From: Macrostomum hystrix
Taxonomy: Eukaryota; Animalia; Platyhelminthes
Length of the DNA stretch: 64,000 bases
Direction of reading: 5' to 3'
Assembly: GCA_950097015.1 (NCBI GenBank)
Contig: CATNEN010000003.1
Location: 806,001-870,000 of the forward strand
Part shown: in pieces, positions 1-12,400 of the stretch
Layout: the number at the start of each line of letters is the position of its first letter
Position numbering within the stretch: the stretch's first letter is position 1
Translations under genes and position numbers: made by a program
Notes under the pieces: generated by a model
The model's database searches: none
Told to the model about the DNA's origin: nothing
What the model saw: the letters and a program-made list of their open reading frames with translations, nothing else

Positions 1-698
1 GAAAGCGTACTGACTAATGCATCACATTTGCCAAGAGTAATCTGTAAAACACGCAACGGTTTCATTTAAAGTGACATCTTTTTCTTAACTATGAGTGGCT
101 TAACAAGTAATACTTTCATATGACATCACGACTATCAAATTAATTTACGATGTGCATTGTAGAATCTAGTAGCTTCAATACCAAAAGGGAGCGCATTTTG
201 GCATATCGGGCGGATTTTCAATGCATCTTGATTTTTTGTACATAAAACTTTTTGTCCTGGAAATTACAGAGATCCGAGTCGAATTTTATTTAAAGAGGCT
301 GCAACAACAACAGCAGCATAGGCTACGTAACATTCAATGCACATGTCTTGAATTTTTTAAATGGTCAACATTGACCAATCATTTTATATTTCGGTGAATG
401 CGAAAGGTTAAAACAGAATAGGCGCAAGTGTTTAAAAATATAAACCTGTTTTCTGTACAGTACGCTATTAAATGCTCTTAAATATGCAATACCCAATTTG
501 TAAAAAATGCGCACATCGTTCGAACACTTAAACAGCAATACAATATGCATAAACTGCGTACCGATTTTGCTATAAAAACATTTATGCGGTGAAATGAGTT
601 ACAAATTATTGTTCAAGCCGCACACTTACTCACTACTCAAAAAGTATAATTTCAGCAATGATTTAATAAAATAATAATAAGTGATTACAGCGTTAAAC

Positions 699-972
699 CA
701 GGGGCAGGCAAACTTCGGCCCGCAGGCGAGATGCGGCCATCGAAAATTCCCACATACGGCCCGTTGCACCTTCCGACACCTACAGCATCCTGTGTCATCT
801 TTCCCCTGTCACATCTCTTCACGGTCTCGTCTGTCCCGTGTCTCATCTATCCCGAGTCTCATCTCTCCTGAGTCTTATCTCTTCCGTGTCTCACCTCTCC
901 CCTATCTCATATTTCTACAGACAATGCGGCCCGCTGTCGTTGGCGTCTTTTAGGTTCTCGCTTTTGCCCGCT
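699..972. mobile_element. hAT/Charlie-type MITE-like remnant with an internal ctcatctc-type simple repeat
   Basis: Left end caggggcaggcaaacttcggcccgcaggcgagatgcggcc and right part atgcggcccgc...ttttgcccg resemble Charlie-type termini; the right TIR is degenerate. Confidence 0.4.
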
Positions 973-984
973 AGCTAACAAGTT

Positions 985-1057
985 TAATGGTTTCGGTGGA
1001 GTCTAGAATCGAACCTACGACCTACAAGTGTGTCGGACGCTCTAATTACTAAGACTG
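985..1057 (-). mobile_element. SINE family 2, 5' (tRNA-like) fragment
   Basis: Reverse complement reads cttagtagttagagcgtccgacacacttgtaggtcgtaggttcgattc, matching the head of the copies at 43615 and 62380. Confidence 0.55.
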
Positions 1058-1147
1058 ACAATGACAATGGATAAACAAAGCAAAAAGTAAATAACTGAAA
1101 GTTTTCGTGCAAAAAGGAAGACAAAGCTATTAGAAACTCTTCAGCTT

Positions 1148-3568
1148 CTAATCCAACCTCCGACTGTTAGCTCTGACACGATTAGCCGGCTCAAAGTAGC
1201 TGGTATCCTGGCAGTCTCCGCCCAGATCTGGCACAAATGGCGCCTCGGAGCTGTGCAAGCGTTGCCAAGCGACGTCGATAAACAGCGAATGCCGGCGCAG
1301 ATCGTTGATGTCCAATCGACTATCGGGATCGGAGCTGAGTAAGCCGTCGATTGCTGAGATGGCTTCAGGCGAGAGTTCGGGTTCAGCATCTTCAGCGTCC
1401 AGACAGGAGCGAGACTCTGGCCAAGGAATCTGCCTATTCAGAATGTTCTCCATGACCAGCTCGGGTGAGTTGGCGCTAAATGGCGGATAGCCGCTAAGAA
1501 ATTCGAACAGACAAACGCCAAGAGCCCAATAGTCAACGGCTGTGCCGTGTGGCAGGCCGCGAATCAGCTCCGGGGCCAGGTAGTCCGGAGTGCCCAACAG
1601 GCGCTGATGATGCTGGTGCTGGTGCTGCGCTGACTGGCCTGATGGATTCAAACACGTGCTTAAGCTCTAAACTTGAAACTTGGCAATCTACATAATACAA
1701 ATAGATAAGCTTTCTAGGGGGCTGAGTGGCAGAGCGATTAACGCGTTTGCCTCTCGCACAAAGGTGCCTGAGCTCGATTCCGCTGCGAAGCCAGATTTTG
1801 GAGCTTCAGGGCAATCTATACCCTTGAGGTCCAACCTCCAAGGCACAGAGAGAGTGTACACTGCGAAACGATGAGAAAGTCAAGGCGGATGTACACACTT
1901 GTCTGAGTACGGTGCTGCGTAAGGTATATGTGCGCGTGATCAGAAGTCAGAAATGGGCAGAATTGCTTCCTCGCTGGCTGTGGGTCTAGTGTCACCAAAT
2001 GATGTGCCATTGCCCACAGCCGTCCTGCAGTTATTATTATTAATATTATTACTTACCGTCAGGGAGCAGCAATGGATCGCAGAATTCATCAGATGACATC
2101 AGCCCTTCGGTAGTTGAATTAGCTGCAGCAACAGCAGCAGCAGTAGCGGCGGCGGCGGAGGCGCCAGATTTGAATCGAACCCTGGCAGCGGCACGATCCA
2201 TTGAAGGCTCCCCTACCTCGCTATCTTCTGCTGTCATCTCTTCATTGACGGCTTCCAGAAGTTCTGATTTAACGTCAGCAACATCGTCCGTTTCCTCGTT
2301 GCTTAGAAACAGAGACGGCGGCTGCTTCGCCTCGCCATTGTCCTGTGGCAAAGGCGACTCATCGAAGCACGGCGCCGGCAACGGCGAAGGAATCGTCGAC
2401 GTAGCCGCGTTCGCCTCTTCGTCGGCGGGTGTTAGAAATCTGGCAGCCCGCTGGCAATAGAGGCGTCGTCTACGCGAGCGCGGACAACTGCCGCCTCCGG
2501 CAGACAGTGGAGCTGCGGCTTCGCTAGCTGAGCCGAATGAGAAATCCGTTGCTAGGGACATCAGCTGACGCGGCGTCCTTGGATACCGTTTCTCAGCGCT
2601 AGCCTGATAGCCGCCAGGTGTGCAATTTCCATGCATAAGCTGCTGCTGAGTTAGTCGTTTAACGTTTACCTGTAGTGTTTAGGACGAAGAATTAAGGGGC
2701 TGCTAAACTAATGATACTTAGACTATCTACATTTTTCATGTTTTGTTTATGATTTAGCATTAACTATATTGCTATGTGATTTTAGTGATCATTACCCGCA
2801 CTATATCGCAATAGAAATGACCAATAGTCTTGTAGACCAGTGGAACTTTGTGTGTACTAGCTCACATGTCTTTTTTCACAAGGACGCAAATCGAACTCAC
2901 GACTTCTTGGTCAGAAGTGCGATGGTCCAATCACTGGTCTACAATCTGACATTATGATACTATTCAGATCAGTCATTGATTAGCAAATGACCTACCTGAC
3001 TCAATCCAAAGTCGGTAAGTTTAATATGGCCGTTAGCAGATACTAGCATATTATCCGGCTTAATATCCCGATGAATAATGCCGTGACTGTGCAAGTATTC
3101 TAACGCGATGGCAACCTCGGCTGTGTAGACAACCGCAGCCTCCTGTGACAGGCATCCGACAGCCAATAGCATCGATCTGAGATCGCCACCGCACAGGTAC
3201 TCCATCACCAAATAGACGTGACTATCAGTTTGCAAGGAATAATACAGATGCACAACATATCGGCAACGGCTAATTGCCAATGCGGCACGTTCGCATCTGA
3301 TCTGATCCATCAGATTCTTAGTGATTAAAGTCTTCTTGGACACACGCTTCACGGCAAACAATTGTCGATCATCGTGACCAGATCGTTTAGCCAGAAATAC
3401 ATCGCCAAATGCACCGCTTGATACGTGCTTGACTATTTCAAAATCGCTAATTAATGGCAGCAAATGTGTAGCTGACAATGTGGACTCTGAATCAGAGGAT
3501 TGAGGCTGCGAGACAACTGACGGTAGCTCTGATGTTGCTAGGCCTATGTTTTCGCTGTCTAGCGACAT
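1148..3568 (-). CDS. MASTL: Serine/threonine kinase Greatwall/MASTL-like; exons 3568-2996, 2669-2057, 1638-1148 (~558 aa)
   Basis: AGC kinase motifs: [10 protein letters not shown] glycine loop (Greatwall-type SxGAFG), [12 protein letters not shown] and DFGLS in exon 1; [23 protein letters not shown] and a C-tail PFVP...DTSYFE in exon 3. A ~200-aa low-complexity insert (exon 2) splits the activation loop between DFG and APE, a Greatwall hallmark. GT-AG introns join in frame (1677 nt). Confidence 0.9.
1716..2049 (+). mobile_element. tRNA-derived SINE family 1 (near full length) in Greatwall intron 2
   Basis: A-box (tggcagagcga) and B-box (gagctcgattcc) head, body shared with the copies at 9668, 8085, 25185 and 28150, and a (tta)n tail. 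Confidence 0.8.
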
Positions 3569-4067
3569 TGTGTTAAGACAATGTGAGTGGAAATTTTGAC
3601 ACACGGATGAACCGTTTTTTTCTTTTTCTTTTGTTCCGTTAGCTGTGGGGTTTTGGGTATCGTTCTCTGTTGTTTAGTTAATAATTTTATATTTAAGGAT
3701 GGCTGGTACAGGCAGCATTTGGAGAAAACTAAGGTAATCAGATTTGTGTGGTATAAACCCACCAGTCTAGGTTAGCTTGGTACTTGTACAATCGAATAGA
3801 GAAGTTAGGCATGAAAAATTACTTTTTGGACATTTATAAATTAGACTCAATGAGACTTGAAAAAAAATATATAATATTGAGATGCACATGTCAAAATTTG
3901 TCATAATTCGCATAATTTGTAGCAGACTCAAGTTTCCTTTGGTCCTGACGATTGCTGCATGGTAACAAAGGTTAAAATTTTAATTAATGCAGTCTGTTGG
4001 CAATATTGGCTAGAAATTCACCCCAGCTAGAAATATAAATGTGGAGGACAACAAAGCTGCTACCATC

Positions 4068-4200
4068 CTTAGTCTGCACCTGAGTCTGAGCCTAAGCTTG
4101 CACCTGAGTCTGAGCCAGAGCTTGCACTTAAGTCTAGGCCTGAGGTTATACCTAAGTCTGAGCTTGCACCAAAATCTGAGCTGCATCAGAGCTGCCTGAG
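4068..4200. repeat. 24-bp tandem repeat (tgcacctgagtctgagcctaagct)n, ~5 degenerate copies
   Basis: Visible periodicity; explains the spurious (LRLRCK)n ORF 4010..4291. Confidence 0.75.
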
Positions 4201-6475
4201 CATCCTTATTTGATGTTGGGGCTTCTGCTCCTTCTGGGATATCTGCCCCTATTGGAAAAAGTTGACAATCTGCGGACAACATCCAGAGCACTTTTCAAGT
4301 TTTCAGATTCTTCTAAAGCATAGTGGGCACGTTTTCTACATAGCTGCTACTCAAAAAGACTTAAGCAGTCAGTAGGAAGAGGCATTAACTGGCCAAAAAG
4401 ACAGGCACAAGCAGTTTTTTAGAAGTCTTTATGGCACAAATGGTGCAGTTTCTTGACCAAGGGGTGGCACTAGGCTAAAGTGCACCTTTCTCAATCCTTC
4501 TTAATTCTAAAGTGCACATCCATGGGTTTTCAACATTTATTCCTAATAGGGATAGTTGCCACACTGATAATTTGTACTGTTTGTAATTTGTGTTGATTTG
4601 CTACTATACTGGGATGGTTGATTATACATTTAGTAACATTTTCTTAAGCAGCTTTTAAGGAAGGCAGAAGTCTGTACCAATGTGGGTTACATGTTTCATA
4701 AAATTAGCAAAATAAGTTGCAACATATTAGTATCACAAGTTAAATATAAACTGTGATGAGGTCTACTTGTATTAAAACTACTATTATTTTTCCTGGCTCT
4801 AATTTCTAAAAAACAAGCCCTAAACCTGTTGGTCCAACCTTTTAAGATTGCTTAAAGGACATTTATAAACCGGAAAAATTCTAGTCACTATAAAATATTT
4901 GTTCTAAAAGCCCCTTATTTGTCAACTACTTTAGTGACTTAGTAGTCAAATGTATTAGACCTACTATTAACAGTTAGCATATATATCTATAGCAGCTTCA
5001 CTCAGTATAGACATAACTAAGCTAAGAAAAATATTTCCAAGTTTAAATACAAAAAAATAAATAGTTTAGCCTTAGCCTAGCCTAATTCATTAAAAATGTT
5101 AGCTAGCTAAATAAAAAATTGTATTCACTACATTCAAAATCTAATTCAACACTCAACCATACTTGTAATCATCAATTCAAGACTATTCATTCTTAGGCTA
5201 GCTATTATCAGTCCTAAGTTATTGATAGAATTATATCTATTTTTGGGCTCATATCATAACTAATCAAATAAACTAGGCCTACTCAAATAATAGTAGGGCC
5301 TAGCTAAGACTAGCTACACAACTGTGACTTACTTCACTAGCTAGCAAGCTTAACATACAGTGTAGCTTTATCAGCTTAGTCAAAAAACTATAATTTTTAA
5401 AATCATATAGCTAGGTTAGCTGCCTAGATAGGCTCATAGACATGAAGCACAGAATAATTCAGCTAAGTAGCCAGGCCTAGCTAGCTAGCTAGGCATAGGC
5501 CTAGCCTCATAAGCCTATTATTAATATTGTAATTTGTAGGGGGGCCTAATATAATTTGTCTATAGTGGTTAGGCTATATCTATAGGGCTATATGATATCT
5601 AGCAATTTGTCAATTGTAACCTATAAATTGCATTTGGAAAAATTAGTAACGATTTTAATAACCAATGAACTGCTTGGTGACAATGCTTTCTACCTTGGCC
5701 TTTTTCAGCTTCAAATGATATACAGAGAGTAGGCCTAGCCCTAGCCTAGGCCAGTCAAGTTATGGCCTTTATGCTTGTGCACTGCACCTGCACTGACCAA
5801 TGACATATACATTTATTAAAAACTGACAATAAAAGTATTATTAGGCAGACAATTCAATTGTGAATATGCTCTTAACTACCATAGTTATACTAATAAGCAG
5901 CAGTTGGTCAAAGTAGATAGAGCCTAGCTGATTTTTTATAATTGTGATCTTTTTTGAAGAGAGAGTCGATAATATGTCTAATAGGGCGATAGATATTACT
6001 TTCATATATATACATATACAGTACACATAGATAATAGATAGGTAATAAAAATAACTAAGAAAGAAAGATGGATAAATTGATAAATCGAAACATCAGACTA
6101 GGGCCATAGAATAGATACGACTAGACGGAGCCCACGTGCTTTAAAATTGTAATACCGGGCTTCAATAGTTATAACGCAAAATATCGAGTCTTTAAATAAA
6201 TGTAAAGTAAAATATAACACTCTAAACCTTAACTCGCTTTATATTGTATAGCCGTATTTATTGTTGATATTAATTTAACTATTCACTTACTGTATTTAGA
6301 GGCATCGGATAATTTAGATTCATTGAAGCGGACCATTTTCGTTTGTTAAGGCTACTACGGTTAGCAATTTGCAACACTCTTCTTCGTTTAATGCTATTCC
6401 TTTTTGATAATATTTTTGCCTTACCATTCGTTCAAGGTCAGTTGGTGGATAATGTAACATCACTAGCAAGAACTT

Positions 6476-9400
6476 ATGAACTCTGTGAGAACGGCGATCG
6501 CCATGTCACATTCTGTTGGGACGACGTCCGATGTTAATTGGATGATTGACGACTATTTTGAACAACTATTGAAAAAGGACAGAGAAGAGTTTGGCTATGC
6601 TCTAGAATTAATGGTTGATGATCTTCACAAGAGAAAAGAGAAGACAGTTAATCGGTTTATGTGTCATCAGAAAGTTAACGAATTCCTTTTCGCTCTTTTA
6701 CGACTACTAAGTGATGAAAACTTACGGTATGTGAACATATGCTTATTTAAAGTTTTACGAAAAAAATACATTTTTCATGCACTTAAAAAGTTTCTAGAAG
6801 TATGATGTAGAAGAAACACCCTTTAACTAGTTTTCTAAATATGGTTTTACTTTACAGCGGGAAAAAGTACAGTTTTAGATTTTTTTTACAAAAGATAATA
6901 ATTGTAATTAATAAAAATAAAAATAGTAATCTAAACTAATGCAAGTAAAGCAACTGAATCCAATTTCCTTCTGAAGTCTCGTTTGTCGGGACACTTTTTG
7001 ATGCCTAAATGTTACTCGATGAATTGTATTTCATTTTAATTCTTGCACAACCAGTGTTGCGGGAAATACGGCCTACATTTTGGGCTGCCTGGCGGAAAGC
7101 CAACTGGGCTGCTACAGACTTCTGTCGACTGTGACTAGCCACAAGAACTTCCGAGTGCTGCATTCTCTAGTACGTATGCTTCAAGTGTCGGACGGCGAGA
7201 CTGTAATGAATGCCGCCGGAACAATAGGCACCATGGTAAGAACTGTGAAATTGTTGTTTAATAGAGCTCCACCGAGGAGACGTAAAATCATACCAAGATT
7301 GTGCAACATATATTTTCGAAGGCTGAAAGTAGAGAAGGTCGCGACTGGATCCTTGGCGAAGACTGCCTCCCAGATCTAATCGATTTCTGCTCAAGTCTGT
7401 TGGCCAGTGACAACCAATGGACTGGCAGCAATGCGGCTCTCGTGCTTGCCAGGTTTGTGCTTATTTTTTTCGCAAGCTTTTAAAGCTAAGCCCCTTCAAC
7501 CAAGGTGCAGATTTCATCGATGAAAATTTAATCAACAGGCTATCAATCAGCGACCGAGGCTGCGCCCAGCTCGCTAGCCACAGTCAGGCCGTCGTCCTCC
7601 TGAGTCGCCTCTGTCGCGCTCTCGGCTGCGACGAAGCCGGCCGTGGCATGAACGCCGCTTTTGCACTTGGCAGGCTTGTAGACACTCCGACTTTGACATC
7701 AGCGGGCAACGGCGGAGGCGGCAGTCTTTTAGCCCGACTGGCAGTCGAAGATCTCGACTGTCTGGTGCGCGATCTCGCCGAGATGACCGGCAGCGGAGTC
7801 GGCATCAGCAAAGGAACCGCCGTCGTTGCCGCGGCAGATACCGGCTCGGCGAAGAATGCATGCTTCTGCCTGAGCTGCTTGGCTGGCAGCGACTTCGGCC
7901 ACGGCCTGGTCCTGGCGGATGCGGAACTGGCGGCGCGCCTGCTGGCCGGACTGGCTCGGCTGCTTCAGGGGCCCGACGAGGAGACAGCCTGGTTCGCTGC
8001 GCTGTGAGTGGCTTCACAGCTTGTCGCTAATTAGGCGTCAAAAAATATTGATAATAATAATTGAGTTGTCAGGCAATTGTCAGGCAGTGGAGTTGGCCCT
8101 CAAGGACAAACATTGCACGGCTAGCTCCCAAGCCTTCTCTCCGCGACTGCGTCCTAAATGAATGTGGCCTCGCCGCGGAATCGAACTTAGGGACCTTGGT
8201 GCGAGAGGCAAACGCGGTAACCGCTGTGCCACCGACCCCCTAATTGGGCGTCAAATCACTCCAAAAATACAAAAAAGCTAATATTTGTCAACTTTAAAAT
8301 TGTCAAAATTGTCATTTTTCGAGGCTTGAATTCATTAGATCCGGGAATATTTATTGCTAGCCGTCGCAATTGCACTTACAGAGCCATCCGAATTCTGTCC
8401 TCGAAGCCGAAGGGCGTCAAATTTCTTCGCAAGCAGCCGCAGATTGTTGACACTCTTCAGGTTTGCATTTCAGATTACAAATTAAATTTAATTTCAACCT
8501 TTACTGGGCTTACCGTTTTAATACCTACTGGCTGTGCCTTATTTATTTTAGAAGTTGGTCAGCGATCCCACCGTTTCGCCAGACCTTCGCGAAGAAATTG
8601 CCAGCACGCTAGAATTTCTTAGACCGTTGGAGAAACCATTTCCGCCTATGGTTGAAGGTAGGCGACTGACTCTAATTAAGCGCGGGTAGAAAATAGGACT
8701 CAAATCATTCAGATTCTGCCGAAAGTAGAACTCTAATTAAATAAGGCAAAAATACTTATTTCCTTGATGCCTACTTAGCGCTCGTAAAGTATGTTGTAAT
8801 GCGCTTGACATTTTCGTCTAATTTATACATTGTTTCAGTTCGGGGCTGCACGGAATTCAGCGTTCGCTGGTTGGCAACGGAGCCAAAGAATGGTTTCCCT
8901 GTCAGCTATGAGTTGCACTGCGACCAGGGCCTGATTTACAGCGGTGACAGGACCGAGTACTGCTTGACAAATCTCAGTCCGGCTACCACCTATGCGTTCA
9001 GAGTGCGAGTTTGCAGTGAAGCTGACCAGAGCCCATTCTCTGAAGCTATCGTTGCTACAACTGAAGAAGCCGGTGAGTGCAAGCAGTTATGGACATTTAC
9101 TATTGTCTATGGCTTTGCAAAGAAGCTGTGGCGTGCGACGTGTACATAGCCATCAAGCAGACTATTCTGGGGGACATTTCGGGGTAATAATCGCCTAGAA
9201 ACACACTGGATGTTAAGTACAACTACTCGAACAACCTTATTGTCAGGCAGTGAGTATAGACTCCTAAAGTGCCCTGTCGTTCAATACGATACCTTTTTGG
9301 GCGAATAATTGCACTAAGAGATCCTACTGCACCGAAAAATCCCAAGCAAATGGGACTTAATTAAGTGCGGCCTTGGTGATTGAGTCTGTTCGAAATAACT

Positions 9401-12400
9401 AAGCACTCGTAGATCAAACAGCTCGAACTGGCTGTCATTGCCAAATATTTCAGCACCGAGCAGGCCGCAGAACCTTCGCCTGCTAGCAGCTACAGCTACC
9501 CAGCTGAAAGTGGGCTGGGATGCATCAGCTAGCGGCACCGTGCGGACCTACATTGTGTTCTGCGATGGCCGACAGGTCGACTGTACCAGCGAGCTAACTA
9601 GCATTGTCTCCGGCTTGAACCCGTGCACTCAGTACACTGTGCAGGTCAGCATTGTTAAAATTGCATTGTCGCGTTTGCCTCTCGCACCAAGGTCCATGAG
9701 CTCGATTCCGCGGCGAGGCCATATTCAGTTGGGTCGCAGCCGCGGAGAGAAGGCTTGGGGACTTGTCGTGAAATTTACGTCCTTGAGGGCCAACCTCCCA
9801 TGGCCCAGAGAGAGTGTACACTGCCTGACTATGAGAAAGTCAGGGCAGATGTACACACCTGTGAGTGTGTATGCGTACAGTACCTGTGTGCGTGCGTGAT
9901 CTGGAGTCAGCGAAATGGGCAGAATTGCCTCCTCGCTGGCTGCAGGTCTAGTGTCACCAGATGATGTGCCATTGCGAGTAGCCCTCTTGTAATTATTATT
10001 ATTATTATTACTAGTATTATATGCCCTAATATACACAACAACTAACATCCTAAAATAACGCCCTAAACTAACTTTACAAAATGTATTCTTTTAGGAATAT
10101 TCGTTTCTGTCACTTCAATGTACATTATGTGACTTTCAAAGCAAGTTGCTAGTATAATTGATAAGCGAAAATGTTACTATTATATATTTTCAATAATTAT
10201 TTTTACAGGTTTGCGCTTCCTCATGCAAAGGAAAAAGTGAACGGGCCGTTTTGCAAGCCAACACTTTGGATCTTGGTGAGTATAGTTCTTGATTGAAAAC
10301 AAGACTTGATTGAAAAACCAAGGCTGAATATGGAACTTATCTGCGTTTATGTCATTAAAATATCTATTCCTTCTTCAAAAAGTAAAGAACTCCCTAATAC
10401 AAAAAATTGGGATAAGGTAAGACAGGGGAAAGATTAGACACGAGAGAGTTGAGGCTGGGGAGAGACGAGACGGGGGAGAGATAAGACATGGAGAGATGGG
10501 ACAGGAAAGAGATGAGGCAGGGGAGAGTCGAGACTGGGGAGAGACGAGACGGGAGACATGAGACATGGAAGACACGAGACAGGGAGAGATGAGACAGGGG
10601 GAGAGATGAGAAGGGGTAGAGATGAAGGAGGGGAGAGATGAGAAACGGGAGAGTTGAGACTGGGGAGAGACGAGACGGGAGACATGAGACATGGAAGACA
10701 CGAGACAGGGAGAGATGAGACAGGGGGAGAGATGAGAAGGGGTAGAGATAAAGGAGGGGAGAGATGAGAAACGGGAGAGTTGGGGCTGGGCAGAGACGAG
10801 ACGGAGACATGAGACACGAGAGAGACGAGACAGGGAGATATGAGACAGGGGAGAGATAAGACAGGGGAGAGATGAGACAGGGAAAGATGAGACAGGGGAG
10901 AGATGAGACAGGGGAGAGTTGGGGCTGGGGAGAGACGAGACGGGAGACATGAGACAGGGGAGATATGAGACAGGGGAGAGATGAGACAGGGGAGATAAGA
11001 GACGCGGGAGAGGTGAGACACGGCACACGGGACTGGAGATAAGAGCTGGTTAGAGTGGGTGTTAAAGTTTGCACTCGGGCGGGAGGTTGCTTGCTTCTGC
11101 TTTAGTGTCATTACTAATTACTCTTGATTTCAATATGCCAACTTTGCTATTGGCCAATTAATTTCACACGAAACAGGCGCGCATGCTCCGCCTAAGCCGC
11201 AGGTGACTGTACTCGGCAGGCACGAGATATCAGTCAGCTGGGAGGCGCCAGAGCAGCCGCTGGGCCGCATCAATCACTACAATGTGTTGCTCAATGGAAA
11301 GAAGGTGGTGTACTCCGGCACAGATATGGCTTGCAAAGTGTCCTCGCTGACTGCCGATACTGAGTATCTAGTCACGGTAAGACTGAATTAACTCTGCACC
11401 AAGTTAGTACCTCGTGGACAAAAGAAAATTCCAAGTGTTCTTTTCGAATTTCAGGTCGTAGTTGTTACTAACGAGGGCAAAGCAGAGAGTAAGCCAACTA
11501 AGAAGCGAACAGCAAAGGATGAGTGTAAGCTATAGTGGATCAGCTAGGGAATTCGCTGACGTTTGGGACTCTTGTGATACGATTAATTGGATTTTCCAGT
11601 ATACATATTCTATCGTTATTCTTCCACAGTTGATCCACAGCGGGCGCCACTGTGGGCTCCGAGCAGGCGCTATTCCCAGTCCAATTTGATGCAGGGCGAT
11701 GAAATAGCTGGCCAAACTGCTGCTGGTGAATTGGAGGGCCGCAGAGGATCCCTTGCCAAGGTATGGCCACGTATTAGTTCGTAATAATCATAAATAATAC
11801 TCGTGATGGACTATGAACACTGGTGAATCTCTTGGCGATAGTCGATCAGCAGCCAGCGAGGTGGGGATACTATGAATTTCACTGATCCCAGAGCACTTTG
11901 GCTAAGGAGGAGGAGGGACGAGCTTGGATGAGATACCGGGGAGATGAGACACGAGAGAGATGAGATACTGAAGAGATGAGACACGAGAGAGATGAGATAC
12001 TGGAGAGATGAGACACGAGAGAGATGAAATACTGGAGGGATGAGATACTGGAGAAATGAGACACGAGAGAGATGAGATACAGGAGAGATGAGACACGAGA
12101 GAGATGAGACACGAGAGAGATGAGATACTGGAGAGATGAGACACGAGAGAGATGAGATACTGGAGAGATGAGACACGAGAGAGATGAGATACTGGAGAGA
12201 TGAGACACGAGAGAGATGAAATACTGGAGAGATGAGATACTGGAGAAATGAGACACGAGAGAGATGAGATACTGGAGAGATGAGACACGAGAGAGATGAG
12301 ATACTGGAGAGATGAGACACGAGAGAGATGAGATACTGGAGAGATGAGACACGAGAGAGATGAGATACTGGAGAGATGAGACACGAGAGAGATGAGATAC

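Noticed and set aside
4950-5760. tagc/ctag-rich low-complexity region between the divergent genes as a regulatory element
   Set aside because: Many short ctag/agct palindromes but no definable unit or motif; a function cannot be supported from sequence alone.
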